From Pseudovirgaria hyperparasitica (Eukaryota), in assembly GCA_010093815.1 (NCBI GenBank), contig ML996581.1: DNA of 64,000 nt; one strand, given 5' to 3'. Shown here in pieces: positions 63,502 to 64,000 of this stretch (its first letter is position 1; each line of letters starts with the position of its first letter). The position numbers and the translations under genes are program-made. The notes beneath the pieces were generated by a model. The model saw nothing but the letters and a program-made list of their open reading frames with translations, did no database searches and was not told where the DNA came from.

Positions 63502-64000
63502 GCTTCACAGTGTGCAATGTAGTCTCATCCCCTCATCCCTATCAATTAACTAGCAGCGTGACCAACCAATCCAATACAATAGAATGAAAAAAGAAGAACC
63601 CCCAAAACCAAAAAACTAATTAATTAGATTAAATAACTAACTATCTTAGCTTTCCCCTCTACTAATTACTTCTCCGGCTTACTTACTTACTCGCTTGCTC
63701 GCTTACTCGCTTGCTCGAGAAGAAGACGAAGAAGACAGAGGCGTTGCGGGCAGCGGTTCACTAATGGACGGATGTATAAAGAGAGCATTTCTTACGGCCC
63801 TAAGCAAGTCACACTAATTACTATCGTAGCGGAATAGAGCCATTGGGAAGAAGTGGCACTGGTAGCGGATGGGTAGCTAACCAGCTAGCTAATTAGCTAG
63901 CGGATACATCGCTGGGCTTCCGGGTGTGCGGTATTGCGCAGAACAGTACGGTATAGGACAGAACAATAGGGTCTAGTGGAGTACAGTGCGGTATAGTTCA

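Overview
Gene-dense 64-kb stretch of a filamentous ascomycete (Pezizomycotina) genome, with short GT-AG introns carrying CTRAC/CTAAY branch sites. I reconstructed about 21 protein-coding genes by reading splice sites by eye: a 2OG-Fe(II) dioxygenase, PSO2/SNM1, a GPI cell-wall protein, dynein intermediate chain, ATP synthase subunit e, complex I 17.8-kDa subunit (only its last exon is in the ORF track), a small orphan, a coiled-coil protein, a Gly-rich protein, DUF1772, a large F-box/zinc-finger protein, a stand-alone transposase-like HTH protein, an M43 metalloprotease, an indoleamine 2,3-dioxygenase, a Zn2Cys6 factor, a GT34 glycosyltransferase, a membrane-anchored hypothetical, a Sel1-repeat chitin synthase activator head-to-head with a class IV chitin synthase, and a WD40/DUF2415 protein. 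An accessory-looking patch (about 27.8-33.7 kb) holds a decayed alpha/beta-hydrolase pseudogene, one of whose frameshifts is an exact 8-bp duplication. It also holds a 684-bp hAT-type non-autonomous element (terminal inverted repeats, perfect 8-bp target-site duplication) carrying a dense CACGTG array about 480 bp upstream of the IDO gene. The last 5.4 kb has no recognisable gene and is rich in microsatellites and TpA (RIP-like). The most promising hypotheses are (1) the protein at 42875-44299 as an uncharacterised Atg8-binding selective-autophagy receptor and (2) the E-box-laden MITE as a mobile regulatory module. No database searches were run; family assignments come from motif recognition.
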